Under the pieces are notes generated by a model that did no database searches, was not told the origin of the DNA, and saw only the letters and a list, made by a program, of their open reading frames with translations. From contig NC_057726.1 in NCBI RefSeq assembly GCF_004010195.1, forward strand, positions 61,492,794 through 61,556,793: DNA of 64,000 nt, given 5' to 3'. This stretch comes from Chiloscyllium plagiosum (lineage: Eukaryota). Below, piece after piece: positions 60,841 through 64,000 of this stretch. The position numbers and the translations under genes were made by a program. Position 1 is the stretch's first letter. The number at the start of each line of letters is the position of its first letter.

Positions 60841-63800
60841 GTTAAGAGATAAGACACCACGAATCTCTGCTTTCTCAGGTGGAGGGTTTGGTCAACATTT
60901 TCAAGCAAAATAAACTTCCAGATTTCTTGGACTTTGCCTCAATACTAATTGTGTTTCCTTGCATTCAGTTTATTAAGTGCCCGCCCTCTCTCCCGACGTT
61001 ATAACAGTCTCCGCACATTAAAAACAGCCACTAGAGCATTCCGCAATAGTAAAAAAAGCCATGTGTGCTTTCTCTTTTTGTGAGTGGAGCATATTGTGCG
61101 CACAAGTTCTTCCACATTGGCTGTTCCAATCAGTGTGACAGTTTTAGGACTTGCATTAACGAAATAATGAGGTGCTATATATGAATATTAGTTAGTCAAA
61201 GCGGCATTGGTGAAAACCTGCAAACATGACGGGATTTGGAATGTCGGAAGCATTCCCGGATCTCCAGGAGTTGGATGTACATTACGGTCGTATTATTATA
61301 ACAGGTCTGTGGCAGCGTGACAACTGACTATGCTTTTAAACTGCTATTTTGGGGGGAATGTTATTCCCAGTTCCCTAGCATGCCTTAGGGTTGAGAGTGG
61401 CTTGGTTCAACTCAACATTGAAAGTAGAATCATTGCTGGGTCTTGAGATCATATTGATCTGACATCACTATACATCATTTCTAGAGCTGTAGAAGCCAGT
61501 CATGATTCACTGTGACATTGATGACTCCAACTGCGTGCTTCCCTTTATCGGAAGTACCTACATGAATAAACAGGGGAAATAGGTTCCTCATGGCATGTTC
61601 CAGCATGGTATTGTAGTTGGCCTGGTCACCCCTGAGTTCATCCTTCCACGGACTTCACGAAAACTAAGCTGTTAATTACAAATCAGAACCAGGAATTGTT
61701 GAAAAAGAAAACTCAGTAGGTCTGGCAAGATCTGTGGAGAGGAAGCGGAGTTAACATTTTGGGTCCAGTGACACTTGATCAGAACGTCAACTCTGCTATC
61801 TGTCCACAGATGCAGCCAGAGCTGCTGAGTTACTTTCCAGCGATTTCTGTTTTTGTTTTTGATTTCCAGCATCCCTGGTTCTTTCTGTTTTTCTTGTGTT
61901 TGCTCATTGTGATGTTTCTGTTGTGGGACTTTGCTGCGAGTAACATGACTGTGTTGTTTCCAAGAATACTGGGAACACAACTAAAGTGCTTCATTAGTTG
62001 TAAAGTGGATTGGAATCTCACGAGGCCATGAAATGAGCCATATAAGTACTTTTTCTTTGTTCTGAAGGGACACTGGACTCGAAACAGTAACTGCTTTCTC
62101 ATCACAAATACATTTTATAGAACATAGAACAGTGCAGAACATCACAGGTTGTGCCGATCTTTTACCCTACTCTAACATCAAATTAACCATTATGTTTCAA
62201 TTTACTAATTCACCAGTATTCATTTCCAGTCTACAATAAGAACATCTCTCAATTCTAATATATAATCTAATGTGTCGGATAACTTTATGCACAATGAGAA
62301 CTTGCCGGATGATCCAGCTAAAAATAATGGAGGGATCGATGTACAGAATGATGTATCTCCGTAACTTATATAGATTACCAACTCTCTCACGCTCCCATCA
62401 ATAGGACGTTCTCGGTCAAAGAACTGCATGTATCTAAAGTTAGTTACCTGTATAGTTCAAATTTAAGCGATGTCAACGCGATTGCTTCGGATTTCATTTA
62501 TTTTTCAAAGTTAGCGCAGGACATTGCTAATCATAAAGCTTGCAGAACGCATTTAGATGAGCTTGTTTAGCAGTTGCGAGATTTGAAATACATGTTTAAA
62601 AATGCATTTTCCTTTAACTAAACGAGAAATGCAAGTATTGCTAAACTTGCGTTCCCTGAGGCAGCCTCAACCTCGAACCACAAGTGTTTCATTTCTCTTC
62701 AACACTAAGAAACCTTTATTTAAAAATAAATAAATTATAAATTTGAGCAGTGACAATTGCGTAACCGAAGCATAAGTCCAAAATAGATGGGTGGTCAGAA
62801 CTGTCCATCAATATAGAATGCATTACAAATAAAAATAACATGTATAAAGGAAACAAATAGAAACGGAGGCACTCTCACACATAAGGAGAAACACACAGAC
62901 AAGCGTACGACAAGTTGTATTTACATAGCGCCTGCAACGTGGAAAATTACCATGGCGAATTGCAGAGAACATTATGGACTGAGCAAAGTGATTTATTGGT
63001 GAAAACAGCTTGGTCAAAGAGGCAGGTTTTAAACGAAGAGACAAAAACAGAGTTTCCAGAGATTACGGCCCGAGTCTTTCACGACATGGCCGCTAACGGC
63101 GGAATGGAGAAAATTGGACTTGCGCGGGAGATCAGAATTAGAGCAGAGAGAATGTCCTGGATTGGAGAGATTTAAAGTATTCAAGCGGATTTCAAACCAA
63201 AGACGTTGCAGAATCAAAAGACAACGTGGCTCATCGAATATTAAACACTAAATGAACTTTAGCATGCACCAAACATACAGATAAAAATGAAGACACAGCC
63301 ACAAAAGCGGCGCGCACACAAGTTCACACACTTCCAAATAAAATGACTTGTATTTATAACATTGGAAGTCAGGATGTTCCACTTGAAAGCCACTCTAAAG
63401 TCACTGTTAGGTGCAAAGATTCGCAGAAATCGAGCACCAATCGACATGATACACAGTTCCATATGCACGCGCACCGTCATTCTGGGCAGTCCCTTGGAAT
63501 CGAGGATGACGGAGGTCAGGTTCGATGTTATCTCAGATGACTGAGAAACCTAATTCCGGATCGACTAGGTTTTCAAAGAGAAATAGAATTTACAGCCCTG
63601 CACTGGTTTATTTCTTCCTCTGTCACAGCCGCTCCAGCTCTCAACTGTCACAGTTGAGTTGGTGCCATGCACACATTCACAAACATGTACGTGGAAAGGG
63701 GGAAATGGTGACATGTAAAATGGGAATGCAGTGGCCATTGTATTTTCTCTCTCATATAATGTGGCTGCTTTCCCTTTGCTCTTCGGTTTATTTCACGTCA

Positions 63801-64000
63801 GACCCTTCTGCAACACTCCGATAATCCGGGTTTCTATCCCAGCACAGCGACCTAATTAAATTGACAACTAACTTTCTCTGTGATGGCGACCCTGGGTTCT
63901 CTTCATTGGGAAGATTGTTTCCTTCTGCCTCTGCAACGTTACTTGTGTTCATCCCACCTCAACAATCTAAATTCCAATATTAGCGAATAGAAGCAAATGG

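Overview
This is vertebrate genomic DNA, almost certainly from a shark or other cartilaginous fish (HE1-type SINEs, CR1-clade LINEs, Penelope-like elements). It has two N-gaps (22289-22788, 28595-29542). The six-frame ORF track is mostly uninformative because the genes are spliced. Left end: the last three coding exons of NUDT21 (CPSF5/CFIm25) on +. Tail-to-tail with it is a minus-strand cluster of three paralogues of an unnamed Ig-superfamily receptor, reconstructed by hand from splice sites and paralogue alignment. Copy A (CDS 19991->10263, 6 coding exons, 315 aa) is intact: leader, germline-joined VJ domain with GGGT motif, C1 domain, uncharged TM, and a tail with an ITIM (VSYAVL) and an ITSM (TVYSEV). 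It is therefore a non-rearranging, antigen-receptor-like inhibitory receptor. Copy B (28015->25436) shows only leader, V and C1, lies on a gap-flanked contig and is an A/C mosaic. Copy C (57161->40353) has a V exon 97.7% identical to A, but a +1 frameshift stops it before the TM and a TGA falls inside its ITIM. It is a soluble decoy, an activating-type partner or a young pseudogene. The remainder is LINE/SINE/PLE debris (several PLE ends keep hammerhead-ribozyme cores), short tandem duplications and duplicated upstream sequence. Exon boundaries were counted to the base; repeat boundaries are approximate.
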